From a bacterium (GTDB taxonomy: Bacteria > JAAXHH01): DNA of 64,000 nt. The translations under genes and the position numbers were made by a program. The stretch is taken from contig OZ220749.1 in assembly GCA_965117045.1 (NCBI GenBank), positions 1,156,812 to 1,220,811 on the forward strand, in the 5' to 3' direction. This document shows positions 45,330 to 55,193 of the stretch, in pieces. The notes below the pieces were generated by a model. It made no database searches and was not told the origin of the DNA. It saw only the letters and a list, made by a program, of their open reading frames with translations. Each line of letters begins with the position of its first letter. The stretch's first letter is position 1.

Positions 45330-46414
45330 TGGTTTTCGGATTCCGGTGACAGATGAATCGTCCGGGTGGGGAAGGCCATCTCGAGTCCGAGCGACTCGAC
45401 GATTTCCATGATCTTCAGATTGACATCCTCTCTAATCCTCAGATACTCGGCCCAGTCCGTCGTTGCGGTAAAGTAGTAGACCATGATATCGAGCGAGTTT
45501 TCGGAAATCTCGTTGAACCGCACGAGTATGGTCGATTCCTGGCTGACCTCGGGATGGGTTCGAAGCAGTGTCTCTATCCTGGAAACCGCCTCTCTCATCG
45601 CGTCGGACGGCGTATCGTAGGTGAGCCCCACCGCAATCCATACGCGGCGATAGGGGCGCGAGGAGATATTGTCGATCACGAATTCCGCCAGCCGGTTGTT
45701 GGGGATGGCAATGAGGGTCTGTTCGAAAGTCCGGATCCGGGTACTGCGAAACCCGATGCTCTCCACCACGCCTTCGATTTCCCGGTCCGGCGACACGATC
45801 CAGTCTCCCGCCACAAAGGGCCGGTCGACCAGCAGCATGATGGACCCGAATACGTCGGCCAGGGTCTTCTGGGCGGCGAGCGCCACGGCCAGGCCGCCGA
45901 TTCCCAGGCCGGCCAGCAGGCCGGACACCGAGTAGCCAAGGTTCTGCAGGATCATGAGTGCGGCGAGGATCCAGACCATGATCTGCAACGCCCGTTCGAC
46001 GAGGGGCACGAGGTGGTCGTCCAGGGCCGTATCCGTTTTGCGCGCCCACTCCTTGAGCATCGAAGTAAAGACGTTGACGCATCGAAAGATCATCCAGGCC
46101 GTCAGGAGGGAGAAAGGCACCCAGAACCCGGCACGCAACAACCCCATGACCAACTCGGGCGGACGCAGCGTATAGATGGTGAGGTAGAGGCCCAGCACGA
46201 CGATCACCCATTCGAGGGGTTTCTCGACGGCCATGATCAGCATGTCGTCCAGTTGGGTCGTGGTAACGCGGGCCAGGCGTTTGGCGGCGCGGGTCATCAG
46301 GTGCTTGAACAGCCATTTTACGACAAAGGTTCCCAGGAGAATCGCGAAGGCGATACCGAGTTCCTGGCCTGACCACTGCCACGATTGTTCAAGGAGGTTG
46401 ACGAGGGTATCCAT
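45314..46414 (-). CDS. mechanosensitive ion channel, MscS family
   Basis: There are three N-terminal TM helices and a conserved pore/beta-domain region (ALAAQKTLADVFGSIMLLVDRPFVAGDWI). The start is the internal MDTLVN. Confidence 0.8.
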   Translation of the reverse strand: MDTLVNLLEQSWQWSGQELGIAFAILLGTFVVKWLFKHLMTRAAKRLARVTTTQLDDMLIMAVEKPLEWVIVVLGLYLTIYTLRPPELVMGLLRAGFWVPFSLLTAWMIFRCVNVFTSMLKEWARKTDTALDDHLVPLVERALQIMVWILAALMILQNLGYSVSGLLAGLGIGGLAVALAAQKTLADVFGSIMLLVDRPFVAGDWIVSPDREIEGVVESIGFRSTRIRTFEQTLIAIPNNRLAEFVIDNISSRPYRRVWIAVGLTYDTPSDAMREAVSRIETLLRTHPEVSQESTILVRFNEISENSLDIMVYYFTATTDWAEYLRIREDVNLKIMEIVESLGLEMAFPTRTIHLSPESENHANGE

Positions 46415-46591
46415 AGTCCCTTCCTTCCCGCCGGGGCCGGTACTTCCGGCATTTTTTTGTCGCATCGCCGGCGCCGATGCATATATTTCAAGGGCTGTAT
46501 CTTAACGTATGGCCCGTAAAGTGTCAAGGTGTGGCCATCTTGTCGGGACGGCCCGGCACGGGGAACATCAAGAAGGAGGAAGGGTGTGTCG

Positions 46592-48799
46592 ATGCGCGCC
46601 ACAGTCCTGTTTTTGTCGGCCGTATTCATCAGTTTGACCGCCGTACTATGCGACGGCTCCGGGATTCCGGAACCGCCCAAATACACGGGCGATCTTCCGG
46701 AACTGCAGCCGCGCGGCGTCGTCCGCGTGATAGTGCGACCGGACGCTGTCGACCATTTGCCCCGTAACGCGGAACCGGTCGAGCTCGACCATGACATCGC
46801 ACGGGGCATCGCCGAATCGCTGAAGCTGGATTTGCGGCTCGTTACCGTCGAGGACCACCAGTCCATGGTCGACAAGCTCCTGCTGGGCGAAGGAGACCTC
46901 ATCGCCGCGAATCTCACGGATACACCGGAACGGATGGCGAAAACGGCCTTTTCCGTGCCCTATCACTTTGTCGATGAATTCCTGATCGTCCCGGCCGGCG
47001 AAAGCGTCCCGGACAGCCTCGCCGATCTGAACGGCATGGAGATCAGCGTTCGAGCGTCCAGTTCGTACTACCAGACGCTGCTGGAAGTGCAGAAGCAGGT
47101 GCCCGGCCTGCGCATAAACACCGTACCTGAAACCATGCTGACGGAAAGTATCATCGACGGGGTCGCCCGCGGCGAATACGAGGCCACGGTCTGCGACAAC
47201 AACCTGTGGTACGCCGTGGCGAGCGCGTATGACGAACTGGCCGCGCCGCTTGCGCTGTCGGAGAACCGCGAGGTCGTCCTGCTGATGCGACCCGGCGAAG
47301 AGGAGCTGAAGAACAGAGTCGACGAGATCCTGCTTGCCCGGCAGATATCGCCCACTCGCGAGCGCATCTACACCGATGACCTGGGCGGATTGAAGAAACG
47401 CGGCCGGCTGCGCATGATCACGCGAAATAACGCGCTTACTTACTTCATCCACCGCGGCATGCAGGTCGGCTACGAATACGAACTCCTGAGAGAATTTGCC
47501 AGGCGGAACGACATGCGGCTGGAAATCGTCATACCGGACGACCACGCCAAACTGCTCGACTACCTGAACGAGGGCAAGGGAGACGTCGTCGCCGCGGCCA
47601 TGACGATCAATGAAGAAAGGGCGGCCATGGCCGCATTCTCGACGCCCTACAACGACGTGGATGAGGTGGTGGTCGTCCGCTCCAATGAAGAGGGCGTTTC
47701 CGGTTTCGGGGATCTCGCCGGACGAACGGTGCATGTCCGCGGCAGTTCATCGTTTCTCGCACCGCTCCGCGCCGCCGCCGATTCCGTGGAAGGTCTGGAA
47801 ATCGTCGAGCTGCCGGGCGACGTCGAGACGGAGGAAATCATGTTCGGGGTCGAGGACGGCACCTACGACGTGACCCTGGCGGATTCGAACCTGCTGGAAG
47901 TGGAACAGGCGTACGGACACGACCTGAAGGCCGCTTTCAGCATCGGGCCCGCGTCGCTGGGATGGGCGGTGCGCGAGGATAATCCGGCGCTTCTCGCAGC
48001 GCTCGACCAATACATCATCAAGGAGAAGCGGGGACTGTTCTTCAACCTGATGCGCAAGAAGTACTTCGAGAACATCCGTACCATAGCCAAGGCCAAGGAC
48101 TCGCTGCGGGTCGACCTGAGCGGACAGCTGTCGCCATTCGACGACCACGTGAAGAAGTATGCCGGCTATTACGGCCAGGACTGGCGACTTGTCACCGCGC
48201 AGATGTTTCAGGAATCCAGGTTCGATCCGGACGCCGTGAGCTGGGTAGGTGCCCAGGGACTCATGCAGGTGATGCCGGCCACGGGAGAGCAGATGGGATT
48301 CACCGAATTGCATGATCCGGAAGAAGGGATCCATGCCGGCGTCAAGTACATGGACCATCTACTCGACCGTTTCGACCCGAAGTTGCCGATGGAGACCCGG
48401 GTGCACTTCGCGCTTGCGTCCTACAATGTCGGATACGGCCATCTCCTCGACGCCCGCCGCCTGGCCAGGCAGAAGGGATGGGATGCCAACCGGTGGTTCG
48501 GTCACGTCGAAGAAGCCATGCTGCTCCTTTCCCGGCCCGAGTATTACAGCCGGGCCCGGTACGGTTTCTGCCGGGGTGGACAGCCGGTACACTACGTCGA
48601 GAACATCCAGCAGTACTACGACGCCTACCTGGAAGTACTCGCCTCGGCTGACCCGGTTCAGGCCGACGTTACGGCCCGCACGAAACCGCTCGCGCTCGAC
48701 GGACCGGTCCACCAGGAACCACTCGCACTGGACAGACCGGTCCGTCTGGCCCGCCCGATCCAGTCTGACGACACGACCGAACTCGCCATCCCGAAATAA
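46592..48799 (+). CDS. mltF: membrane-bound lytic murein transglycosylase F-like (two SBP_bac_3 domains + SLT domain)
   Basis: GLMQVMPATGEQMGF and YNVGYGHLLDA form the SLT motif. Two periplasmic binding-protein-like domains lie upstream. The start MRATVLF follows an AGGAGGA ribosome-binding site. Confidence 0.8.
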   Translation: MRATVLFLSAVFISLTAVLCDGSGIPEPPKYTGDLPELQPRGVVRVIVRPDAVDHLPRNAEPVELDHDIARGIAESLKLDLRLVTVEDHQSMVDKLLLGEGDLIAANLTDTPERMAKTAFSVPYHFVDEFLIVPAGESVPDSLADLNGMEISVRASSSYYQTLLEVQKQVPGLRINTVPETMLTESIIDGVARGEYEATVCDNNLWYAVASAYDELAAPLALSENREVVLLMRPGEEELKNRVDEILLARQISPTRERIYTDDLGGLKKRGRLRMITRNNALTYFIHRGMQVGYEYELLREFARRNDMRLEIVIPDDHAKLLDYLNEGKGDVVAAAMTINEERAAMAAFSTPYNDVDEVVVVRSNEEGVSGFGDLAGRTVHVRGSSSFLAPLRAAADSVEGLEIVELPGDVETEEIMFGVEDGTYDVTLADSNLLEVEQAYGHDLKAAFSIGPASLGWAVREDNPALLAALDQYIIKEKRGLFFNLMRKKYFENIRTIAKAKDSLRVDLSGQLSPFDDHVKKYAGYYGQDWRLVTAQMFQESRFDPDAVSWVGAQGLMQVMPATGEQMGFTELHDPEEGIHAGVKYMDHLLDRFDPKLPMETRVHFALASYNVGYGHLLDARRLARQKGWDANRWFGHVEEAMLLLSRPEYYSRARYGFCRGGQPVHYVENIQQYYDAYLEVLASADPVQADVTARTKPLALDGPVHQEPLALDRPVRLARPIQSDDTTELAIPK

Positions 48800-48818
48800 C
48801 CCACGGTCGGAGCTTGCC

Positions 48819-50192
48819 ATGAATTCCGACGACCGAGACCCGACCCGCCAGGAACCCTGGCAACCTCTCCAGGCGCTCATCCAGGCCGAATCGCGGCACG
48901 TGCTGCCTTCCTACATCGGGTCGCTTTCGGCCTCCGAACTGGCACGGGCTGTCTCGCGACTGAGCCAGGAAGAGCACACCCGGATGCTCGGACTCCTCTC
49001 GCCCCAGGACGCGGCCGAGTTGATCGACCAGATCGAGGACGTGCAGGCCGTCGACCTGATCGAGGACCTTCCGCCTACCGAAGCCGCGGCGATCGTTGAC
49101 AAGATGTACAGCGACGCCCAGGCCGATCTGCTCGGAGATCTCAAGGACGAGGAAGCGGAAGCCATACTCGAGGCGATGCCGGACGAAACGGCCGAGGAAG
49201 TCCGGCAACTGCTTCAGTACCCGGATGAAACGGCCGGCGGGATCATGCTGACCGAGTTTGTTTCTTATCCGGGTTCTCTTACCGTTCAGGACGTGATCGA
49301 CGACCTGCGGAAACGGCACGATGAATACGCGGGTTACGACGTGCAGTACCTGTACGTATCGGAGGGCGCGAAACTGTCGGGCGTACTGCGGCTGCGTGAC
49401 GTCCTGATGGCCCTGCCCGGACAGCAGCTCACGGAAATCATGGTGGCGAGACCCGTGAGCGTCAACGTCTTTACGCCGCTTGAGCAGATGCGCGATCTCT
49501 TCGAGACCTACAGCTATCTTGGACTGCCGGTCACGAACGATGAGGGCACACTGGTCGGCGTGGCTCGTGCCGCGGACGTCCAGGAAAAGCTGACGGAACA
49601 GACCGAAAGCGAGTTCCGCAAGACAAGCGGAATCGTGGGCGGTGAGGAACTGCGCAGCATGCCCGTCCTGACGCGGTCCTCGAGACGGTTGTCCTGGCTC
49701 AGCGTCAACGTCGTCCTGAACATCCTGGCGGCGAGCGTCATCGTCCTGTACCAGGACACCCTGGAAGCTGCGATCATCCTGGCGGTCTTTCTTCCCATTA
49801 TTTCGGACATGAGCGGGTGCTCGGGCAACCAGGCGGTCGCGGTGAGCATTCGGGAACTGGCCCTGGGGCTCGTACGTCCCCGGGAGATCCTGCGCGTCCT
49901 CGCCAAGGAAGCCTCCGTCGGCCTCATGAACGGCGTGGCCCTCGGCGCGTTGCTCGCCGGCGCCTCCCTGTTGTGGCAGGGGAATCCCTACCTGGGCCTC
50001 GTCGTCGGAACCGCCCTGGCGGCCAACACGCTGCTCGCGGCGTGTCTGGGAGGGTGCATTCCCCTGGCGCTTCGGGCGATGAAGGCCGATCCCGCGCTGG
50101 CGTCGGGCCCCATGCTCACGACGGTAACGGACATGTGCGGTTTCTTTCTCCTGCTGAGCCTGGCGCAGTTGGTGTTGCCGAAACTGATCTGA
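48819..50192 (+). CDS. mgtE: magnesium transporter MgtE
   Basis: An N-terminal domain, tandem CBS domains and a C-terminal 5-TM domain are present (AILAVFLPIISDMSGCSGNQ). The start is the internal MNSDDRD; the track ORF runs in-frame from upstream. Confidence 0.85.
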   Translation: MNSDDRDPTRQEPWQPLQALIQAESRHVLPSYIGSLSASELARAVSRLSQEEHTRMLGLLSPQDAAELIDQIEDVQAVDLIEDLPPTEAAAIVDKMYSDAQADLLGDLKDEEAEAILEAMPDETAEEVRQLLQYPDETAGGIMLTEFVSYPGSLTVQDVIDDLRKRHDEYAGYDVQYLYVSEGAKLSGVLRLRDVLMALPGQQLTEIMVARPVSVNVFTPLEQMRDLFETYSYLGLPVTNDEGTLVGVARAADVQEKLTEQTESEFRKTSGIVGGEELRSMPVLTRSSRRLSWLSVNVVLNILAASVIVLYQDTLEAAIILAVFLPIISDMSGCSGNQAVAVSIRELALGLVRPREILRVLAKEASVGLMNGVALGALLAGASLLWQGNPYLGLVVGTALAANTLLAACLGGCIPLALRAMKADPALASGPMLTTVTDMCGFFLLLSLAQLVLPKLI

Positions 50193-50207
50193 AAAAGGAA
50201 ATCAAAC

Positions 50208-51584
50208 GTGCATCCAGGTATTACCCGCGTCATAGGCAGCCTGCGCAAAGCAAGCCGGTTCATCGGCAGCGAGATCTGGCTCATCAACACCCGGGGGCTG
50301 TCCAGGCTGCACGCGCTCCTCGTGCGCGTGGCCAAGTCGGTCATCTTCCTGTATCACCAGTTCTGGGAGGACCGCCTGCTGACCCGTGCATCGGCCCTGA
50401 CCTTCTCGAGCCTGCTGGCCCTGGTGCCGCTGCTCGCCATCGTATTCACCGTGTACCAGAGCCTGGGACTCTACGTGGACTTCGAACCTACCCTGAGAGA
50501 ATGGTTAAGTCCCCTGGGCAGCGACGGCGACATCGTGGCCACCCATATCATGGATTTCCTGGCCAATGCCCAGACGGGCACGCTGGGATACATCGGGTTG
50601 GTGGTGCTGCTGTTCGCCGTGCTGGGCATCCTGGCGAATATCGAGGAATCCTACAACGACATCTGGCACGTGCGGCGCATGCGAAGCTGGAGACAGCGCC
50701 TGGTGAGCTACCTGGCGCTGCTGCTCGTCGGACCGCTGATGATTACGGGCGTCGTGACTTTCATGGGATCGTCGAACAGTATTGCCCTACTGGCCAACTT
50801 CGAAAGGATCGCGGGTTTCTCGCCCCTCTCCGTCCTGCTGATCGGACTCTTCTTTACCCTCACCATCTGGTCGGTACCCAATACCCGGGTTTCCATCCGG
50901 GCCGCCCTGCTCGGGGGTATGATTTCGGGATGCGGCTGGATACTGCTTAACCGGTTATTCGCCCAGTTGATCGCGGACACCACGCAGGCGGGTGCGCGGG
51001 AGATCCTGTTCGCGGGTTTCGCCGCCCTGCCGCTTTTTCTGATCTGGCTTTACCTGGGCTGGGTGATCCTGCTGCTGGGCGCGATCCTGGCCTATTCCAT
51101 CCAGAACGTGGGCATCATGGAGTGGAGCCAGTCGGAGCGGGTCCACGGAACAGCCCTGAGGAACTACATCAACGTCCTCGCGTTTCTTTACATCATCCGC
51201 AATTACGTGGAAGAAAACCAGCCGACCCGGTTGGACCGGCTTTCCAGCCAGACAGGGGCTCCGGAGAATGTACTTGAAGAGATGCTGTCGGCCTACGTGG
51301 ATTCCGGGCTGCTCTCACGGAAACCGGGATATCACGTCACCTTCATACCAACCACATCGCCGGCGGAAATTCCCCTGCGTTCGCTGCTGAACGTTCTCTA
51401 CCACCCGGATCCGCTTTCCGATCGATTCCACAGCGTCGATCCACTGAACGACCTGGCCCGTGACCTTCTGCAGTACTACCGGACGTCCTACCGCTATCCG
51501 CTCGACCAGTCCCTTACGGACACGGTGCTCTCACTCACGCCGCCGCGGAAAACATCCGGCGAGCACACCGAGGGCGAACCCTAG
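50208..51584 (+). CDS. YihY/BrkB (virulence factor BrkB / RNase BN-like) family membrane protein
   Basis: LTRASALTFSSLLALVPLLAI matches the YihY N-terminal consensus in a multi-TM protein. The C-terminal SGEHTEGEP is encoded by the first copy of a 33-bp tandem repeat. Confidence 0.75.
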   Translation: MHPGITRVIGSLRKASRFIGSEIWLINTRGLSRLHALLVRVAKSVIFLYHQFWEDRLLTRASALTFSSLLALVPLLAIVFTVYQSLGLYVDFEPTLREWLSPLGSDGDIVATHIMDFLANAQTGTLGYIGLVVLLFAVLGILANIEESYNDIWHVRRMRSWRQRLVSYLALLLVGPLMITGVVTFMGSSNSIALLANFERIAGFSPLSVLLIGLFFTLTIWSVPNTRVSIRAALLGGMISGCGWILLNRLFAQLIADTTQAGAREILFAGFAALPLFLIWLYLGWVILLLGAILAYSIQNVGIMEWSQSERVHGTALRNYINVLAFLYIIRNYVEENQPTRLDRLSSQTGAPENVLEEMLSAYVDSGLLSRKPGYHVTFIPTTSPAEIPLRSLLNVLYHPDPLSDRFHSVDPLNDLARDLLQYYRTSYRYPLDQSLTDTVLSLTPPRKTSGEHTEGEP

Positions 51585-51640
51585 GCATCCGGCGAGCACA
51601 CCGAGGGCGAACCCCAGGCATCCGGATCTCCCCAGGCATC
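51552..51640. repeat. 33-bp tandem repeat (catccggcgagcacaccgagggcgaaccc[t/c]agg x2 + partial) overlapping the yihY stop codon
   Basis: Read directly from the sequence. The copies differ at one base, which makes TAG in copy 1 and CAG in copy 2. Confidence 0.8.
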
Positions 51641-51647
51641 TGGTTTT

Positions 51648-52829
51648 TCAGTAGGCAACCCCGGAACGGCGCAAACCTTCCAGGCAGCAACCCCGAGGCA
51701 GATCGTGGCCCTTGACCGTGCGGAAGAAATCCTCCATCCCGATCAGGAAGGGCTCGATGTAATCCCGCGAACCGGCCTTTCCCATGTGTCCCACGCGCAG
51801 TGCATCCCGCGCGAACTCGCCCATGGCCTGGGCCGCCAGGAACCCGTGGTTGCGCAGCAGGTAGGTACGTAGTTCCGCGGCTTCGGACACGTCCGGATGG
51901 ACCCGGAAGGTGGTCACGGTATAGGAAGCGGCGGCATCGGCCACGATCGGCGTGCACCCCATCGTGCGCAACCCGGCGCGGACCACGGACTGGGCCCACG
52001 CGTACCGGGCCCAGTGGCCTTCCAGCGTCTCCCGGTGCAGGATTCTCTTCAGGCTGGCGTGCAGGGAGACGATCAGGCTGCTGGACTGGGTCGTGGGATA
52101 GGGATGCTCGCCCGAGGATTCGGATGCCCGCTTCCAGACGGCGAGGTCGTAGTACCAGCCCCGGTGCCCGCTGTCTTTGGCGCGGATAATCTCCCACGCC
52201 CGGTCGCTGACCGCAAGGATGCCCAGTCCGGGCGCGGTCTCCAGGGCCTTGTTGGACGAAGTCACGGCCACGTCAATGCCCAGTTCGTCCACGGGAATGT
52301 CGTAACCGCCCAGGGCCGACACGCCGTCCACGAAAAAGGGCAGGTCGAATTCGCGGGCCAGGCCGGCGTAGGCTTCCAGCGGATTCCGCACGCCCGTCCC
52401 GGTGTCGTTGGCGACCACGACCAGGCCGGCAGCCCGGGGGTGGCGTTCGAGGGCGGCGCGCGTTTTATCCGGGTCGCCGGGCTCGCCCCAGGGGTCGTCC
52501 ACGGCGATGACCTCGCACCGGAAGGCCTTCAGTATTTCGACGAGGCGATTGGCGAAGGGTCCGTTGGTCACCACCGCGACCTGCTCCCCGGGCTGGAAGA
52601 GACTGCTGAGCCCTGCGTCGAGCGCGCCCGAACCGGGGGCCGTCATGATGATCACGTCGTTGCGGGTCTGGAAAATGGTCCGGAGCATCGTTACGGTTTC
52701 TTCGTAGATGGGACCGAAGTCTTCACCGTAGTGGGGCAACACCTGCTGGCTGAGGGCCTCCAGGGTCTCCTCCCAGATATCGATGGGACCGGGCAGCAAC
52801 AATTTGGGACGGGTCATGGGCATGCTCAA
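51648..52829 (-). CDS. class-V aminotransferase (serine-pyruvate / alanine-glyoxylate aminotransferase-like)
   Basis: LLLPGPIDI at the N-terminus and SSNKAL as the PLP-Lys region are present in a 393-aa product. Confidence 0.75.
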   Translation of the reverse strand: MSMPMTRPKLLLPGPIDIWEETLEALSQQVLPHYGEDFGPIYEETVTMLRTIFQTRNDVIIMTAPGSGALDAGLSSLFQPGEQVAVVTNGPFANRLVEILKAFRCEVIAVDDPWGEPGDPDKTRAALERHPRAAGLVVVANDTGTGVRNPLEAYAGLAREFDLPFFVDGVSALGGYDIPVDELGIDVAVTSSNKALETAPGLGILAVSDRAWEIIRAKDSGHRGWYYDLAVWKRASESSGEHPYPTTQSSSLIVSLHASLKRILHRETLEGHWARYAWAQSVVRAGLRTMGCTPIVADAAASYTVTTFRVHPDVSEAAELRTYLLRNHGFLAAQAMGEFARDALRVGHMGKAGSRDYIEPFLIGMEDFFRTVKGHDLPRGCCLEGLRRSGVAY

Positions 52830-52842
52830 TCGTGGCGGACGC

Positions 52843-54054
52843 TCAATCCAGTTTCACGTCGGGGTATTTCGCGATGATTTCGTTAATCGCGCTAATGAAC
52901 CGGTCAATGTCGTCGAAGGAATCGTAGAAATGGGTGGATACCCTGAAAAACGACTGGCCGTTCGCACCGATGGCGGTGACTTCGATCTTGTAGTCGCTCC
53001 AGAGATACTGGCATACCTTCGACAGGTCGATGCCTTCGATGGAGAAACTGGAAATGAACCCGGACATGGACTCATCCATCGGGATCGTGAGGCGGGCCCC
53101 TCGTATCCGTTCGACCGCCTGGGCCTTCAGGTACCGCGCCAGGCCGAGGCAGTAGGGGCGGATCCTGCTTTCCCAGCCGATTTCCTCCTGGTAGTCGATG
53201 GCGTCTCCCAGGCCGGCATGGTGGGTCAGGTCCCGGGTCCCGTTGACGTCGTAACGGCTGGCCGAATCGGTTTCGCGCATGTTATGGCCGATAATCACGG
53301 GCCGGATCCGGTTCTGGTACTTTTCGTCCATGTAGAGGAACCCCACGCCCTTCGGCGCCAGCAGCCACTTGTGGGAACTGCTGGCGTAGAAGTCGCATCC
53401 GACCTCGGACAGGTCCAGGGGAACCATCCCCACGGCGTGGGCGCCGTCCACCATGGCCACGGCCCCGTGGGCGTGGGCCAGACGGGTCAGTTCCGTGATG
53501 GGTGCGACCAGTCCGGTCGTGAAGTACACGTGGCTGAAGATCACGACGCTGGTGTTCTCCGTCATGCCCGCCGCGTAGGCGTCCACGATGTCCTGTGGCG
53601 CGGACGGCGGAATGGGCAGGGATACATAGTTCAGATTCAGTCCGTCCCGCTCGGCAAGCCACGTCCACAGGGCGCGTACGGCGGGGTATTCCTGGTCGCT
53701 GAGCAGCACGTCGCTGCCCCGCTCCCAGATCAGGCCCTGGCCGGGTATGTTCATGCCCATCGTCGTATTCAGCACGAGGGCGATCCGTTCCGCGGTCGTC
53801 CCCACGAACCTGGCCAGCTTCTCCCTGGATGCCTCCACCAGGGGCCTGAGCAGGTCTCCGTGCCGCCTATTGAGCGGATCCGCCTCGAATTCCCGCATGA
53901 GGTCGATGATGCGTTCGATGACCGGCCTGGCGGAAGGACCTACCGTTCCGCCCTGCAGGTAGGTCACGTCGTCCATCAGGTAGAACTGTTTACGGATCTC
54001 CGACCAGTAGGCCGCTTCTTCGGCAGTGATGGGATGCCTGGTTGTGGTAGTCAT
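52843..54054 (-). CDS. class-V aminotransferase (isopenicillin-N-epimerase / cysteine-desulfurase-like fold)
   Basis: SSHKWLLAPKGVGFLY is the PLP-Lys motif in a 403-aa product. Confidence 0.75.
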   Translation of the reverse strand: MTTTTRHPITAEEAAYWSEIRKQFYLMDDVTYLQGGTVGPSARPVIERIIDLMREFEADPLNRRHGDLLRPLVEASREKLARFVGTTAERIALVLNTTMGMNIPGQGLIWERGSDVLLSDQEYPAVRALWTWLAERDGLNLNYVSLPIPPSAPQDIVDAYAAGMTENTSVVIFSHVYFTTGLVAPITELTRLAHAHGAVAMVDGAHAVGMVPLDLSEVGCDFYASSSHKWLLAPKGVGFLYMDEKYQNRIRPVIIGHNMRETDSASRYDVNGTRDLTHHAGLGDAIDYQEEIGWESRIRPYCLGLARYLKAQAVERIRGARLTIPMDESMSGFISSFSIEGIDLSKVCQYLWSDYKIEVTAIGANGQSFFRVSTHFYDSFDDIDRFISAINEIIAKYPDVKLD

Positions 54055-54377
54055 GGGAAGTCCTGGAAAGCGTGAATGGACGGGTTACCGACCGGTAAAA
54101 GACAACCCGACTATCCTAAAGTCGCCCCCCAATGGTGTCAAGCCGATATTATCCATTTCTCGGGCAGGGTTACCCGGGAAAAACTTCCCCGGTGGCGCAC
54201 GATGCCAACCATCTCATCGGCGCGCGATGCCGGCCGTCTTCGACCCGTCAGAAAAGCCTTGTCATTGCGGGGTTGCCACCTAACTTGTCCAGGTTGGTCA
54301 TCCACCGTGAACATCAGCATGCCGGGTAGTTGACGGAAGTCTTTTCTGTCCGGATCTGAAAAGGAGAATCAAGGCCG

Positions 54378-55136
54378 ATGCGAGGAAACAGGGTGCTGGA
54401 AAAACTGCGGGCCGACGAAGTCGCCCACGTGGTCGGCGGCCACAGCCATACAGCGAATTCCATTGATTTCATGGGGCAGTTCGGTTTCGACGGCTACTGG
54501 ATCGAGGGCGAGCACGGGGACATCACTTTCGACCGGATCGGAGACGTATCCCGCGCCTGCGACCTGTGGAACATGGCGTCGGTAATGCGGGTGCATGCCA
54601 ACGAAACCGGGTTGATCGGCCGCACGCTGGACTGCGGGGTCAGCGGACTGGTGGTCCCCCACGTGAGCAGCGCCGAGGCGGCGGAACGGGTGGTGCGCGC
54701 CAGCCGGTTCGCCCCGGCCGGCATGCGGGGCATGTACTTCAACCGCCGGGGTTACGGCACCGAGAACAGCGAGTTCATCGCGAAGGTGAACGATGAAATC
54801 CTCGTCATCGTACTTATCGAAGAAATCGAGGCCGTGGAGAACCTGGACGAGATCCTCGCCGTGGACCACATCGACGTGTTCTTCGTCGCCCCGGGCGACC
54901 TGGCCCAGACCATGGGATATCCCGGAGAGATGTACCGCCCCGAGGTGAAGAAGGTGGTATCAGATACCCTCGCGCGGATCGTCGCGGCCGGCCGGAACGC
55001 GGGGTCGCTTGTTGGAGAAGAGACGTTCGAAGCACACGCCGAGATCGGCGTCCGGTTCTTCTTCACCGTGTACGACCACTGGCTCCGGACCGGCGCCAAA
55101 GCCTACTGGGACAGGGTCGCGGCGTTGAGGAAATAG
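54378..55136 (+). CDS. HpcH/HpaI-family 2-keto-3-deoxy-acid aldolase
   Basis: The size and motifs fit the family (IEGEHGDITFDRI, VLIEEIEAVENLDEI, VDVFFVAPGDL). Confidence 0.75.
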   Translation: MRGNRVLEKLRADEVAHVVGGHSHTANSIDFMGQFGFDGYWIEGEHGDITFDRIGDVSRACDLWNMASVMRVHANETGLIGRTLDCGVSGLVVPHVSSAEAAERVVRASRFAPAGMRGMYFNRRGYGTENSEFIAKVNDEILVIVLIEEIEAVENLDEILAVDHIDVFFVAPGDLAQTMGYPGEMYRPEVKKVVSDTLARIVAAGRNAGSLVGEETFEAHAEIGVRFFFTVYDHWLRTGAKAYWDRVAALRK

Positions 55137-55193
55137 GCAAGCCGCGCGGTCACTGTTCCGCGGTCGTCCGGCCTACGGTCATCTGACCTGCAG

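Noticed and set aside
48312-48818. N-terminal 169-aa extension of the mgtE ORF in the track.
   Set aside because: The extension is Ser/Thr/Pro/Arg-rich junk that overlaps the 3' end of the mltF-like gene in another frame. MgtE homology begins at MNSDDRD (48819).
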